This document shows positions 20,887 to 31,109 of a stretch of DNA of 64,000 nucleotides, piece by piece. The notes under the pieces were generated by a model that ran no database searches, had not been told where the DNA came from, and saw only the letters and a program-made list of their open reading frames with translations. The stretch lies in the IMG/VR virus record IMGVR_UViG_3300046314_000298; one strand, given 5' to 3'. This DNA is from an uncultured virus (IMG/VR IMGVR_UViG_3300046314_000298). Its lineage: Duplodnaviria; Heunggongvirae; Uroviricota; Caudoviricetes. The position numbers and the translations under genes are program-made. Every line of letters begins with the position of its first letter. The stretch's first letter is position 1.

Positions 20887-22755
20887 TCAGTAGCGGTAAC
20901 CACCCATGTTGATGTAGTTCTGCATATGCTGAGGAGCCATGCCGAAACCCATGAACGATTGAGTAGGTGCCAGCAGACCAGCGTTGGCGAAACTTGCAAC
21001 ACCGCGTTGGTTGTTGAAGTCTGCACCAGACATTGGGCTGTTGATACGCACCATCAGGTTGCAAGCCTGAATACCCTTACGCAGAGCGTCCAGGAACGTA
21101 GCGCTGAAGGTCACTCGTTGAGCATAGCCTGTAAACACAGCGGACTCATTGGACATGCTGGAGATCATACGCTTGCGATCGGAGAGACGCTCTGCCAACG
21201 AGATGTTGGTGTTCAGGTACGTTTCGGTGAACTGACGCAATGCATGCACATTGTTGGCACCAAGGATGTTGGCAGCTGCCAAGTAGTCGATGTCACGGAT
21301 GTCACGCTGAGCACCGTTGCGATCGGTGTAGTAACCCAGATGGACACGGTTACCCACATCCACGAACATCTGTGCGTTGTTCGGGAAATAGCGACCGAAG
21401 TTGCCAGCAGTCAGTTCCTGAGCAGCTTTGTACATGATGTCGTAAGCACCACCACCGCTTGCAGCAGCTGCACTGTACAGACCAGTATACCATGCCTGAG
21501 GACCAGCTTCTGGGCAGTCAACAGCAACCATCAGACCAGGCTGAACCAGAGTGTTCAAGAACTGACCCAAGTTCTCAGTCGTAAAACTGGAAGACTTGGT
21601 GTCGAGGATGTTGCTGATACCAGTGGGTTGATTGTCAAAGTTGCCTTCGATGTTCAACGCACCTGCATCACGCAGATCCAAATCCTTAGTCATCTGGGGT
21701 CGGAAGATCTGGTAGTAGTTGTTGTTCAACGCCAGAGCATCCATGTTCGCCACTGCCAACAGCATGTTAGCTGGAGTGTATGCGTGAGCACTGGACAGAG
21801 TGGTGATCACAGCACGAGCTGCAAACTTCTGTGGCAAACGCTGTTGTGCAGGCATGTAGGGGTTGACCATGGGTTCACGAGGAGCCCAGAGCATTTCTAC
21901 AAAGCCGCCAACTTCACTGATGCGAGTCTCACGACCGCCGCTGTTCAGACTGCGGTTCTGATTTTGGTTCTGATTGTTCTGAGCTGCAAAGCTCAGTTGG
22001 AAGTCAGAACGAATCAAGTTACCGACATCGTCAGCCACAGGTGTCGAACCAAAGGTCATGTTGATGACCAATTGTTGACCCGTAGGGATCTGCGACAGGT
22101 TCAGATCCTGGAACGTAGGAACCAGTTGAGACAACTCAGTACCGTTAGCCAAGCCAGCGTTCAGTGCCAGCTTATACACAGCAGCTTTGTCCTTCGTATT
22201 GAAAGTAGCTGGTACGACAGTGGCGTCGGTGAACCGCAGTTCGTGCTGAGGAAACGCACGACCAACAGCCGCCTTGGCTTTTGCAATCAAGATGTCGTCG
22301 AGAGCATCGCCCGCTACCCGATACAACTCGATTTGCTTTTGGTGGTGGTACTGCACCACAGGAGTGGGTTTGTCACCAGTTGCTTCGAGGATCAGCACAT
22401 GGAATGCTACCTTGTTAGGTACATCCTTCAGACGCATCGCCACGACCAGGCAAGAGAATGCCAGAGCCGTTTCGTTCTGGTTGTCCAGATCCAGAATGCT
22501 GATCAGACTGTCAGAACTTGCGTTCTTGTAGATCTCAATAAGTGCGGTCTTGAGGTCGTTGTAAGCCTCAGACCCAATTGAGCGACCGATAGGGGCACCG
22601 AAGATGTTACCGCCGGAACCGAAGTTCCAAGAAGATTTCACAGGTGCTTGTTGGGTAGCAGTAGCTGCTTGACCAGGAGAACCGGCTTGGGTGAAAGCGG
22701 TTGCTTCAGCAGAGGTTGCAGAAGCGGAAGAGTTGTTACCAGTATTGAGAGCCAT
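20887..22755 (-). CDS. chmA: Chimallin, major phage nuclear shell protein
   Basis: 622 aa with low-complexity N-terminus; directly upstream of nvRNAP beta-prime as in phiKZ gp54-gp55; strong codon bias that yields a long antisense ORF. Confidence 0.85.
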   Translation of the reverse strand: MALNTGNNSSASATSAEATAFTQAGSPGQAATATQQAPVKSSWNFGSGGNIFGAPIGRSIGSEAYNDLKTALIEIYKNASSDSLISILDLDNQNETALAFSCLVVAMRLKDVPNKVAFHVLILEATGDKPTPVVQYHHQKQIELYRVAGDALDDILIAKAKAAVGRAFPQHELRFTDATVVPATFNTKDKAAVYKLALNAGLANGTELSQLVPTFQDLNLSQIPTGQQLVINMTFGSTPVADDVGNLIRSDFQLSFAAQNNQNQNQNRSLNSGGRETRISEVGGFVEMLWAPREPMVNPYMPAQQRLPQKFAARAVITTLSSAHAYTPANMLLAVANMDALALNNNYYQIFRPQMTKDLDLRDAGALNIEGNFDNQPTGISNILDTKSSSFTTENLGQFLNTLVQPGLMVAVDCPEAGPQAWYTGLYSAAAASGGGAYDIMYKAAQELTAGNFGRYFPNNAQMFVDVGNRVHLGYYTDRNGAQRDIRDIDYLAAANILGANNVHALRQFTETYLNTNISLAERLSDRKRMISSMSNESAVFTGYAQRVTFSATFLDALRKGIQACNLMVRINSPMSGADFNNQRGVASFANAGLLAPTQSFMGFGMAPQHMQNYINMGGYRY

Positions 22756-23055
22756 GATTTTCCTTGAGTTATGGAAGGTTAAAATTGATTGTGCACAATC
22801 AGCCTTTAGAGCTAAAGACTAAGCAGAACTACTCGTTAAAACTAATTATCGACTAGGGCCAAATAAAGTATATGAACCCTGGTTTTTTTAGAAACGGGAT
22901 TTTTGCGGCCAAGAGTTTACTCAGAGGTTACCCTCTAAGTTGCACGGACGTTCAGTTCCATACTATAAGTATACTGTCTGTAAAAAATGTACCTAACTTT
23001 TATCTTAAGTCTAATCACTATAGCAATCTTATGAATTATTTTTAAAGCCAGAACC

Positions 23056-24135
23056 ATGTACGAGCTTTTCACAAAACGTTTCGAAGAAAATAACGATATC
23101 ATACGTCCTGGTCAAATAGACCTCATCAAGAGAAACTATCAGAAACAGATCACTAAAATTGAAAACTATTACAGAGCATCTGGCTTTAGTGTAAGAAGCA
23201 AACATTTGTTCTGTAGGATCATCACGACAGCTTTATCTGGCATGTCTTTAGATATATACAGATTCAATCAGCTGAATGATCTAAGGGCCAATAACTACGC
23301 TAGGTATTTTGAACTGACCTCAGAAGTAAGCTTTGGTAAATTCAGAAAAGACTTTCTATATAGAGGGTTGACTGGTTTGCTATCTATATCCGAATATTTC
23401 GACGTAGCTGAGGCTTATAGAGACTGGGAAAACTTAAGACCTGTGGAGGTACTTACACACAACGTAAGCAACACAAGGTTTTTACTACCTGACAATCCAA
23501 ACTACAACAGTGAAGAAGGCATCAACTACGTCAAGATAGACATACCTAAGTTATTGTTGATGTACAGAGCTTTCTATGAGAAACAGGTAAGTGCCAGAGG
23601 AGATGTTGACGGTGGTATGGTCCCCGTGGCTCAGTTTGTCATGAGGTATGTATTACCTAACATGATGAGATCTCATTTAGAGCTGGTTTTGTTTAACAGA
23701 TTTAACAATTTGTTAACTGGTGAGCCTATGGGTGAGACTTATAAGAACCACCCTTTTCCTGTTCTGGATCAAGATAAGTCTTTAGATAATGTTCTCTATG
23801 AGCTGGTCAAACATGTTCAAAGAAAACCTATGCACTATTATAGTGTATTGAAGCTGATACCTTCTGTCTACTCAGAAGACTTTCAACAGTTTGGTCTGAT
23901 GCCTGATTTAGCACCTACCAAACAAGTCTGGTGGTATCTGCTTATGTCTAAGAGAAGAGTTATGGAAATGTTAATGACACAGAACCCTGAGAGGGGTGAG
24001 AGGTTAAACAATTTCTATATACAGGATCTTAAAGTAGATCTGCAAAGATTGAACAGAGACAACAGTCTGAATTTCATGAAACAAGATGATTTGTTCATGG
24101 ATGATATACTGTTTGCTAATGAACATTCTAAATAA
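23056..24135 (+). CDS. Conserved protein divergent from chmA (phiKZ gp53-like position)
   Basis: 359 aa; synteny between chmA and DNA polymerase. Confidence 0.7.
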   Translation: MYELFTKRFEENNDIIRPGQIDLIKRNYQKQITKIENYYRASGFSVRSKHLFCRIITTALSGMSLDIYRFNQLNDLRANNYARYFELTSEVSFGKFRKDFLYRGLTGLLSISEYFDVAEAYRDWENLRPVEVLTHNVSNTRFLLPDNPNYNSEEGINYVKIDIPKLLLMYRAFYEKQVSARGDVDGGMVPVAQFVMRYVLPNMMRSHLELVLFNRFNNLLTGEPMGETYKNHPFPVLDQDKSLDNVLYELVKHVQRKPMHYYSVLKLIPSVYSEDFQQFGLMPDLAPTKQVWWYLLMSKRRVMEMLMTQNPERGERLNNFYIQDLKVDLQRLNRDNSLNFMKQDDLFMDDILFANEHSK

Positions 24136-24143
24136 GGAACCTT

Positions 24144-24953
24144 ATGTCTATACTGACTAAAGCTTTAGATGAGATAAAGTACAGGATACCTATACAGGTA
24201 CTGATGGAAGCTTTTAAACCTAATCATACCACATGGAGACCCACAGCTCCCGTGAGTATGGATTCTGAAATATTAAATAAAGTCATTAAGCCTAGAGTGG
24301 TGGTCGATACCAACATCGTAGGCGGTCAGACTGCTTTGATATCTTTAGATGGTTTAACTCCTGAGTATATAGATAGGTATAGCATGCTGTACCATATACC
24401 ACCAGAGAGATTGAACAACAGAGCTATTATGTCTGTGTTATCTGTAGGCTTAGCTCCTTATGGAGTAGGTAACAACGGATTTCCTTCTGTAGCCAGTAAC
24501 TGTTCCAGTGATCTGGTGGGTGTTGGGGCCAGAGTGGGTAACTCTTTCTCATCTGTACCTATGATGTCAAATGCCACTGCTGAATTGGTAGAAAGATCTA
24601 CCGTAGTGGTCAGAGACAGCGCACATCCTAATTACTATTATGTATTAAGATGTGTGGTGGCTAATGAAGCTAACATGGAAAATATAAACCCCAGATCTTG
24701 GCACGTTTTTGCTAAGCTTTGTGAATTGGCTGTAAAGTCTTATATCTACAACACCATGTTGATAAAGATGGATCAGGCTTTTCTGTCTGGCGGTCAAGAG
24801 TTAGGCGCTTTTAAGAATTACGTAGAGGGCCTGTCTGATAGTGAAGAGATGTATCAGACTCAGTTACGTGAAGTATGGCAAGCAGTTAACTTTATGAATT
24901 CTGCTTCTGATTACAGCAGGTTTATTAGATTACAGGTAAGTCCTGGGATTTAA
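24144..24953 (+). CDS. Conserved protein (phiKZ gp52-like position)
   Basis: 269 aa with AAGGA RBS; convergent terminator follows. Confidence 0.7.
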   Translation: MSILTKALDEIKYRIPIQVLMEAFKPNHTTWRPTAPVSMDSEILNKVIKPRVVVDTNIVGGQTALISLDGLTPEYIDRYSMLYHIPPERLNNRAIMSVLSVGLAPYGVGNNGFPSVASNCSSDLVGVGARVGNSFSSVPMMSNATAELVERSTVVVRDSAHPNYYYVLRCVVANEANMENINPRSWHVFAKLCELAVKSYIYNTMLIKMDQAFLSGGQELGAFKNYVEGLSDSEEMYQTQLREVWQAVNFMNSASDYSRFIRLQVSPGI

Positions 24954-25003
24954 AGTAAAAAAAAAAATAACACCCCTAGTCCTTACAGGCTGGGGGTGTT
25001 ATT

Positions 25004-25210
25004 TTACCACTCAAATCCAACATGCCAATACACGTTGCATATTTTCTCACCAGCTTTCTGATCAGAAACCCCATACAAAAGTATGGGCACGCCACTCAAA
25101 TTGAGGTTCTTCCCACATGAGAACCCGGACGAGAAGTCCGTTGTGGTGGAAAGGGAAATTTTTCCTTCCGTCACATGTTTGCAACTCCGGCAAGGTAGTC
25201 CGTCGCTCAT
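25004..25210 (-). CDS. Small Cys-containing hypothetical protein (68 aa)
   Basis: AAGGAG RBS before ATG AGC GAC; CRSC motif; promoter-like motif upstream and terminator downstream. Confidence 0.5.
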   Translation of the reverse strand: MSDGLPCRSCKHVTEGKISLSTTTDFSSGFSCGKNLNLSGVPILLYGVSDQKAGEKICNVYWHVGFEW

Positions 25211-25349
25211 AACCATCTCCTTAGCCATCAAGTATTACAGAAGTGTAACTTAAACTGATAACGATAGTCAAGTTAAGTATATATGACTGAATTTATTTAT
25301 AAGCCGAAAAAGACACTACCCAGCTCTAAGCTGGGTAGTGTCTTAAATC

Positions 25350-27473
25350 TCAATACCCTTGAGCAGTCAATGTCATGTCATGTTTACCATAGAAACCTAA
25401 GCTTCCAAGTATCAGTCTATAAGCACTTGTTAAATCTAAAACGATGCGTTCTGCATCCAACACCATCAAAGCTTCTTTAGGTATACCTCTACCCAACACA
25501 TAATCCATCGGTATGTAAAGAGTAGGAAGATCTACTTTGTTTCGTTCAGCCATCCACTTTATCAGGTTGGTTTTAAACTCTACGTTGTCGATCTTATCTA
25601 GCCAAGCTTTATAACCGGTCACGTTAGCTACTGTGGTGGGTACTTTCAACACGCTGTATGGTGGTGGTGGTACTTCTCCATAGGTAGGTTCAAAGACAGA
25701 TCTCCAGAACTTATACCACTTATAGTTAGACTTATCCTCATCTTCACTATAACTCTCTTTAACTTTGATCTTACTTCTCTTATAATAGATAGGTTCGCCA
25801 GAGTTTAGAGATTTGATAATCTGTTTCTCGAAATCAGCCACATGTTTGATAAGCTCAGTCATCTTGATCTTCTTACCAGCATAGACATCAAGAAGGACTT
25901 TCTCCATCATTTCAGTAGCATCTTTGATAACCTCTACAGGAGAAGCTGAGTTTTTAAGGTGCACGCCTTTGATTTCAAAGTCTGGTTTCTTATATACGTT
26001 ACCTTCTTGGATAGTTTTAAACGTAAAATAGTGTTTAGACACAGGCGTCTGTGCAAACACAGGAAACACAAACTCTGGTTTCATAGCTATCTGAAAGAGT
26101 TTCTTCTCAGACACACCCATGTTGGCAGAAAACACAGCCAAAGTATGCGCTACACACTGAGTAGCTAAGAAAACCACAGCACCCGCTACTGCAAAAGCCT
26201 CATCATGAAAACACAAACCATTGAAGTACCAAGTTACATAATCATCCACACTAAACATAGTAGAGTCTGTGTCACTTAACACCACAGCTCTTCTAACCAT
26301 GTTAGGTATAAACGCTGTACTTACAGGTACGTTATCCGTCAAGAATAGATTTTGAATAAAATCAAGATACTCACCTACAACTCTGTCTATATTCTCACAG
26401 GTAGCCGCCAGTGTGTTTACAGACTCGGGTGAGAGTTCATGATACTTTTTACCAAAACCTTTAAGTTCTGATTGACAGATTTGATGTGCGTAGTTAACAA
26501 AGCTTTCATCAAAGCAGTGTATGGTTTTGATAGGGTCTTCAAAGGTTTTGTCTTTGATCTTTCTGGAAATCTTCTCCAGAAACTTCCAAACAAACTGAGG
26601 ATTGTGTTTTCTGATGTGATAGAGATCGCTGATATAAACAACAGCTGCTCTTTCATACCCATCCAAAGTCTTAACAAACTGTTCTATAGAGGCTTTACCC
26701 CTTCCGTCTAACCAGTAAAGATTAGACGAATAAGCAATGCATTCCATAGTCTCTTCTGCCGAAGGTATATGAAGCTGATACTTATCCAGAGTTTGTTTAA
26801 AAGACTCTGTCACACTCATGGATAAAGTAATTACGTTGTTAAGAGTGGTCTGTATGTCTTTATAATGACGACTGCCAGCCACGATCTTTTCATTTAACGC
26901 ATTACCCAATGAACTCTCTGTCCTTACAGTACTGGTTAAAGTACTGTGAGCTGTTGGGTTATAAAAAGGAGAACCTTTAGATCCAAAGGCTCCTGACATG
27001 GAGTTGTTATACCCTTTCTTGTTGTTCTGTTCGTTCTCTTTGATAGCGTAGAGAATCATGTCTCCGTTGGTCCTAGCTACAAAGGATTCTTTCTTAGCTT
27101 TAGAACGAACAACAACGTTGTCATCTACAAAGTCTACTAGCAAAGATGGTTGCTCTTTGGCAGATAGATAGGTTGTGAATGTAGGAGCTATGATGCGCTC
27201 TGTCTTCGTAATGAAGTTGATATACTGATACAGACCTGTTTTAGTCACATACCTATCACCATTGTCACCACGCTCATAGTGTGTAACCGTCGGGTTTTTG
27301 ACACCAGGTATAGATCCATCAAAAAGTTTAACCTTCAACTGTTCTCTATAATAGTCAACAGGTTTACCCTTCTGTTTATGAAGAAAGTAAGCTGTCTGAT
27401 CTATGTAATGCTTGATAGGATCCAGATCTCTCTTGTATTCAGAAGCCGGACGAAGAAACGGATTGTTAGCCAT
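25350..27473 (-). CDS. Family B-like DNA polymerase, polymerase-domain subunit (phiKZ gp50-like)
   Basis: QNNKKGYNNSMSG (KxxxNSxxG), LSDTDST, KHY and EIKGV motifs. Confidence 0.85.
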   Translation of the reverse strand: MANNPFLRPASEYKRDLDPIKHYIDQTAYFLHKQKGKPVDYYREQLKVKLFDGSIPGVKNPTVTHYERGDNGDRYVTKTGLYQYINFITKTERIIAPTFTTYLSAKEQPSLLVDFVDDNVVVRSKAKKESFVARTNGDMILYAIKENEQNNKKGYNNSMSGAFGSKGSPFYNPTAHSTLTSTVRTESSLGNALNEKIVAGSRHYKDIQTTLNNVITLSMSVTESFKQTLDKYQLHIPSAEETMECIAYSSNLYWLDGRGKASIEQFVKTLDGYERAAVVYISDLYHIRKHNPQFVWKFLEKISRKIKDKTFEDPIKTIHCFDESFVNYAHQICQSELKGFGKKYHELSPESVNTLAATCENIDRVVGEYLDFIQNLFLTDNVPVSTAFIPNMVRRAVVLSDTDSTMFSVDDYVTWYFNGLCFHDEAFAVAGAVVFLATQCVAHTLAVFSANMGVSEKKLFQIAMKPEFVFPVFAQTPVSKHYFTFKTIQEGNVYKKPDFEIKGVHLKNSASPVEVIKDATEMMEKVLLDVYAGKKIKMTELIKHVADFEKQIIKSLNSGEPIYYKRSKIKVKESYSEDEDKSNYKWYKFWRSVFEPTYGEVPPPPYSVLKVPTTVANVTGYKAWLDKIDNVEFKTNLIKWMAERNKVDLPTLYIPMDYVLGRGIPKEALMVLDAERIVLDLTSAYRLILGSLGFYGKHDMTLTAQGY

Positions 27474-27564
27474 GTTACATTCCTTTAACTATATTATCCA
27501 TCGGCTGAATAAAAAAGAACAATCATAACACACAGCCACATTAGGCTGTGTGTTATGTGTTCAG

Positions 27565-28290
27565 TTAACGCTGAGCCATCAACAACTGCTTAACTGTAGG
27601 CATGTGTTTGAATATGTCCTTAACCACAAATGGCCAGTTGAGTTTGTAAGATTTGATTCTTGCCCAGTTGGTCATGCAGTTTGCGTTTATCAGCTTACCA
27701 ATTTGCAAATTCACTGATGGTTCAGTAAGTTCTTTATCGCTAAAGAGATCACATAAAAACTGTATCTTATCTATATCTTTGTTATATAGATACATATGCC
27801 CTGCATCCCATAGAACCATGGCGATAACCAGATCAGAAGACTTAGGTTTGGTTTTCTTCTGGACCAAGCTCAGAAGATTCTCAATAAACACGTCTTTGTC
27901 AAGTGATTGAGCTGTATGGGTGATGTGATCGCAGGCGGTATGTTTTTTGATAATTTCCCTGGCTTTGACTTTACCCACACTTTTAAAAAGCGCAGCAGCC
28001 ACAGCTAATCTTTTCTCTTTTAAAGAAAGATTGCTATAGCAACAACCTTCAAACACATTCAGCGCATAGATTCTGTCTCTGATATATTGCGGGTGGTGGC
28101 ACTCCGTCCACAAGCAATATATATCTGCGTGTGCTCTACCAAACAATTCTAAACCCAATTCTATTAAAAGACGTTCCATGAGATTGTGATCTTCAGCAGT
28201 TCTATATTGCTCCATCAAAACATCATAGTTAAATGTCTCTTTCTTTTTCGGTTCTTGTCTTGTCATGTTTCTTAGTTTTATACGAGTCAT
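27565..28290 (-). CDS. Hypothetical protein
   Basis: 241 aa ORF followed by a hairpin terminator. Confidence 0.6.
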   Translation of the reverse strand: MTRIKLRNMTRQEPKKKETFNYDVLMEQYRTAEDHNLMERLLIELGLELFGRAHADIYCLWTECHHPQYIRDRIYALNVFEGCCYSNLSLKEKRLAVAAALFKSVGKVKAREIIKKHTACDHITHTAQSLDKDVFIENLLSLVQKKTKPKSSDLVIAMVLWDAGHMYLYNKDIDKIQFLCDLFSDKELTEPSVNLQIGKLINANCMTNWARIKSYKLNWPFVVKDIFKHMPTVKQLLMAQR

Positions 28291-28323
28291 TGTTGCACCA
28301 TTTTATCACCCTGAATATGTTTT

Positions 28324-28575
28324 TTATTCCGGAGAAGAAAGAAAATTGATAGCTGATATAAGTCCTTTTGCCCTAAACAGTTCTGAGAACCCAACAGCTT
28401 TAGCTTTAGAGTAAAAAGAAAGTGCCAACATTGTTTCACTTATTTCAGATGCAGATTCCCATTTTAAAGTCTTAAACTCAGGGTGGTCAATCATTTCTTT
28501 TTTAGAAGCGTAGACTTTATAAACCTTCACAGGTTCTGGAACATCTGGCATTTTCATTAAATCGTTAAGAGTCAT
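28324..28575 (-). CDS. Hypothetical protein
   Basis: 83 aa ORF in a tandem minus-strand run. Confidence 0.55.
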   Translation of the reverse strand: MTLNDLMKMPDVPEPVKVYKVYASKKEMIDHPEFKTLKWESASEISETMLALSFYSKAKAVGFSELFRAKGLISAINFLSSPE

Positions 28576-28576
28576 T

Positions 28577-28768
28577 TTATTCTTTAGGTTTAAATAAAGC
28601 CGGTATTCGTTCTTTTATACGAATACCTAATTTATCCATGGCTGTAGCCATCTCAACCAACTCTTTCTCTCGCCTAGCTGCTTTTAACTCAAGCTCAGCT
28701 ATTCTATCATTTTGAGTTTTTATACTCTCGATTATGGTCAATATCTGAGAACTTTGTATGTTTGACAT
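28577..28768 (-). CDS. Hypothetical coiled-coil protein
   Basis: 63 aa ORF, 1 nt from the next gene. Confidence 0.55.
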   Translation of the reverse strand: MSNIQSSQILTIIESIKTQNDRIAELELKAARREKELVEMATAMDKLGIRIKERIPALFKPKE

Positions 28769-29048
28769 TATAGAGCCTTGGATTGCTTGTTACCAACTGA
28801 TTTCCAGAAAAGCCTGAGAATGCCGACAAAAAAAAACAGAGAAGCCGAAGCCTCTCTGTTTTTTCACAACTTTGCTGCCGACTGAACTATCAGAACGTTT
28901 AATTGAAAACTGTCGGCTAGTTATTCAATTTGAGATTAATTCAATCGACTTACAACGCACAATCTTTTTACGACCTTGGTCGGATGTGACTTATCAAGGT
29001 ATGTTCCAAGTGGGGATTGTCGTGTTGGCTTCATAAACTAAAACTCGT

Positions 29049-29372
29049 TCAGTGTTCCACAGTATTAGGCAACTGTGGTGTTATGAGAAAGTTGAAGGGA
29101 TCCATGAGCTTCATCATATCTGCTTGGAAATCCAGAAGTTCGTCGATCATACGGCATTGGAAGCTTGTGGCGTCCTTAGGTGTTCTCATACCACCGTTAA
29201 TCACATCGTTAGCCATGTTAATGGTGTCTGAGATGTATTTAGATAGATCGACTGGATCTAGATTGTTTGCTATTTGATAGATTTGAAGGTTTCTCAATGT
29301 GGATCGAATAAAGATTTCTATGTACCTTTTATTCAGTTTGGTGAGACTATCTTGGTGTCTAGCTTTGGACAT
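29049..29372 (-). CDS. Hypothetical protein
   Basis: 107 aa ORF. Confidence 0.55.
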   Translation of the reverse strand: MSKARHQDSLTKLNKRYIEIFIRSTLRNLQIYQIANNLDPVDLSKYISDTINMANDVINGGMRTPKDATSFQCRMIDELLDFQADMMKLMDPFNFLITPQLPNTVEH

Positions 29373-29412
29373 GTCTGTGATAGGGATTAGTTAATGTTGC
29401 TACCACTCTATG

Positions 29413-30090
29413 TCAGAAACCTTTGGTTGGGTAAAGGTTCCTTAAAATTGCATCGGCAAAAGCAGAGCCTTTTGTACTGGTCCCAGTCATCCCCCCCGAT
29501 TGCGAATCAAAATTGTTAGACAGAGAATAATCCACAATCATGCCAGCACCTACGATGGCAGATTTCATAGTCTCATACTGAGTGCGCTTAGCCAACAAAG
29601 TCGACAACGCATTGAAATTAATTACGGTAGCTTGTTCGATCTGGGGTGTAGCCTCTGTCTCAAACCAAGCATCAAGATCTTTATTCAAACGTGATTCCTT
29701 GTCTTTCACAGCTGTCCGAATGCGTGAAACCAACATCTCACCCAACTCATTCCAGACTATGTGTCGGAATGGGGACATAGGTGTCACCATGTGTAATGTA
29801 GTTACGGTTACTCTACCACCAGGGGATTTATCCCACCCATCACCGGTAAAGTGATAACCAGCTTCCATCGCTTCTTTTCGGGTCACAGTTATGGGCTTGG
29901 GTGTGAAGACACGATCCTGAAGCTCAAAGAAAGATCTGATCTCATCGTCAATCATCTGCTGCATGGATTCCTCAGGGATCAATCCAAGAAAAGTTTCTTG
30001 GACTTTCTTTTTCAACACAGCGTAGATGTCAGGAGCTGCTGTGGATAAAGAAGCTTCATTCAAAGATGAGAGTGGGGATACTTGATTCAT
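29413..30090 (-). CDS. Hypothetical protein
   Basis: 225 aa with the recurrent AAGGAATGTATCATG start motif. Confidence 0.7.
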   Translation of the reverse strand: MNQVSPLSSLNEASLSTAAPDIYAVLKKKVQETFLGLIPEESMQQMIDDEIRSFFELQDRVFTPKPITVTRKEAMEAGYHFTGDGWDKSPGGRVTVTTLHMVTPMSPFRHIVWNELGEMLVSRIRTAVKDKESRLNKDLDAWFETEATPQIEQATVINFNALSTLLAKRTQYETMKSAIVGAGMIVDYSLSNNFDSQSGGMTGTSTKGSAFADAILRNLYPTKGF

Positions 30091-30100
30091 GATACATTCC

Positions 30101-30283
30101 TTAGTGGGGTTTTAACTTACCAGACTCATAAAGATCTCTTTGGTCGAGAGGTTTATGTACGTAGACGTTATCGTGTTCGTCTTTTACTGGCACGCACCAG
30201 CAATCACCAGAGGCTTTGTGTTCTCTGAGATCGCCGATGGGCACCACATGTAGTGATTTTTCATCACTGTAGTTCTTCGTCAT
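30101..30283 (-). CDS. Small hypothetical protein (HVVP...CWC)
   Basis: 60 aa, overlaps the upstream gene. Confidence 0.55.
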   Translation of the reverse strand: MTKNYSDEKSLHVVPIGDLREHKASGDCWCVPVKDEHDNVYVHKPLDQRDLYESGKLKPH

Positions 30284-31109
30284 GATTGGCGTTTACATTA
30301 TCCAAAGTGTTGCTATCATCTTTGGGTATTACGTCAGACAAGAAGTTCTCGTAGCTTAGAGGTTTGTTGGTAAAAGCCATAGGTGGTAGTTTACCCCAGT
30401 GACGTTCGTACCACACTCTGTGTAAATGTGAAATAAAGATTTTCACAGTCCATCTGCGTGCTCTGGCATCTATGTGTGATGCAGTGAGCATACCTTGTTC
30501 TAGCACTTCTCTTACCTGAGGGTTACTAGATCGACTGTGATCTAAATATTTCTTAGCTGTTTCAGCGTAAACTTTGTTTTCGTTATTCTCTGTTTCCTGC
30601 TGCTTTCTGCTTAGATAGAGCTTACCATACAGACAGTTTGGATTATCGCTAAAGGTTTTAAAGCTATAACCAATCAACCAAGTAATCCTTTTGAGATGTT
30701 GGTTGTATTTCTGTTGATCGACTGTTCTGTCAAAAGCACTAGAACGATTAGGGTCTAATCCACAATAAGACCAAATATGACCTACCGTATTGGCTTTAGC
30801 AATATCGATCGTAGACAAAAGACCTGCTGCCAAGATAGGACTAACTCCATAGACCTTAGAAAACCACCCACCCATTTCATGTTCGTCAACATAACGAGTA
30901 AGTAGTTTCTTATAATCTTTCTCACGCTTCTCAAGACTTTTAAGTTCTTCTTGAAGCAGAGTCAGGTTGGTGTGTCCATCGTGATCAGCTGTGTTGAGAC
31001 GATTTTGGATCTTTTGTTTGTTGTTCTGGTGATCGTAATAAAGGTTCACCAGAAGACGCGCATCTGCATCATGAATGATAGCAGACGGCTGGAAGAGTTT
31101 AGAAAACAT
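30264..31109 (-). CDS. IS110 C-terminal/Nop-like domain protein without RuvC (TasA-like candidate)
   Basis: N-terminal coiled coil, VYGVSPILAAGLL (HhH), IWSYCGLDP, YNQHLK, YLSRK, HIDARARRWTVKIFISHL; no DEDD domain; AAGGAG RBS. Confidence 0.65.
   Translation of the reverse strand: MFSKLFQPSAIIHDADARLLVNLYYDHQNNKQKIQNRLNTADHDGHTNLTLLQEELKSLEKREKDYKKLLTRYVDEHEMGGWFSKVYGVSPILAAGLLSTIDIAKANTVGHIWSYCGLDPNRSSAFDRTVDQQKYNQHLKRITWLIGYSFKTFSDNPNCLYGKLYLSRKQQETENNENKVYAETAKKYLDHSRSSNPQVREVLEQGMLTASHIDARARRWTVKIFISHLHRVWYERHWGKLPPMAFTNKPLSYENFLSDVIPKDDSNTLDNVNANHDEELQ

Noticed and set aside
20728..22581. 617-aa plus-strand ORF antisense to chimallin
   Set aside because: Shadow ORF expected from strong codon bias on the minus strand; no RBS or recognisable motifs. 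The same applies to other antisense ORFs such as 3555..4292, 6320..7108 and 61541..62092.
30264..31109. Active IS110 insertion sequence
   Set aside because: No DEDD/RuvC domain or catalytic SG motif, and the gene is embedded in a coupled phage operon
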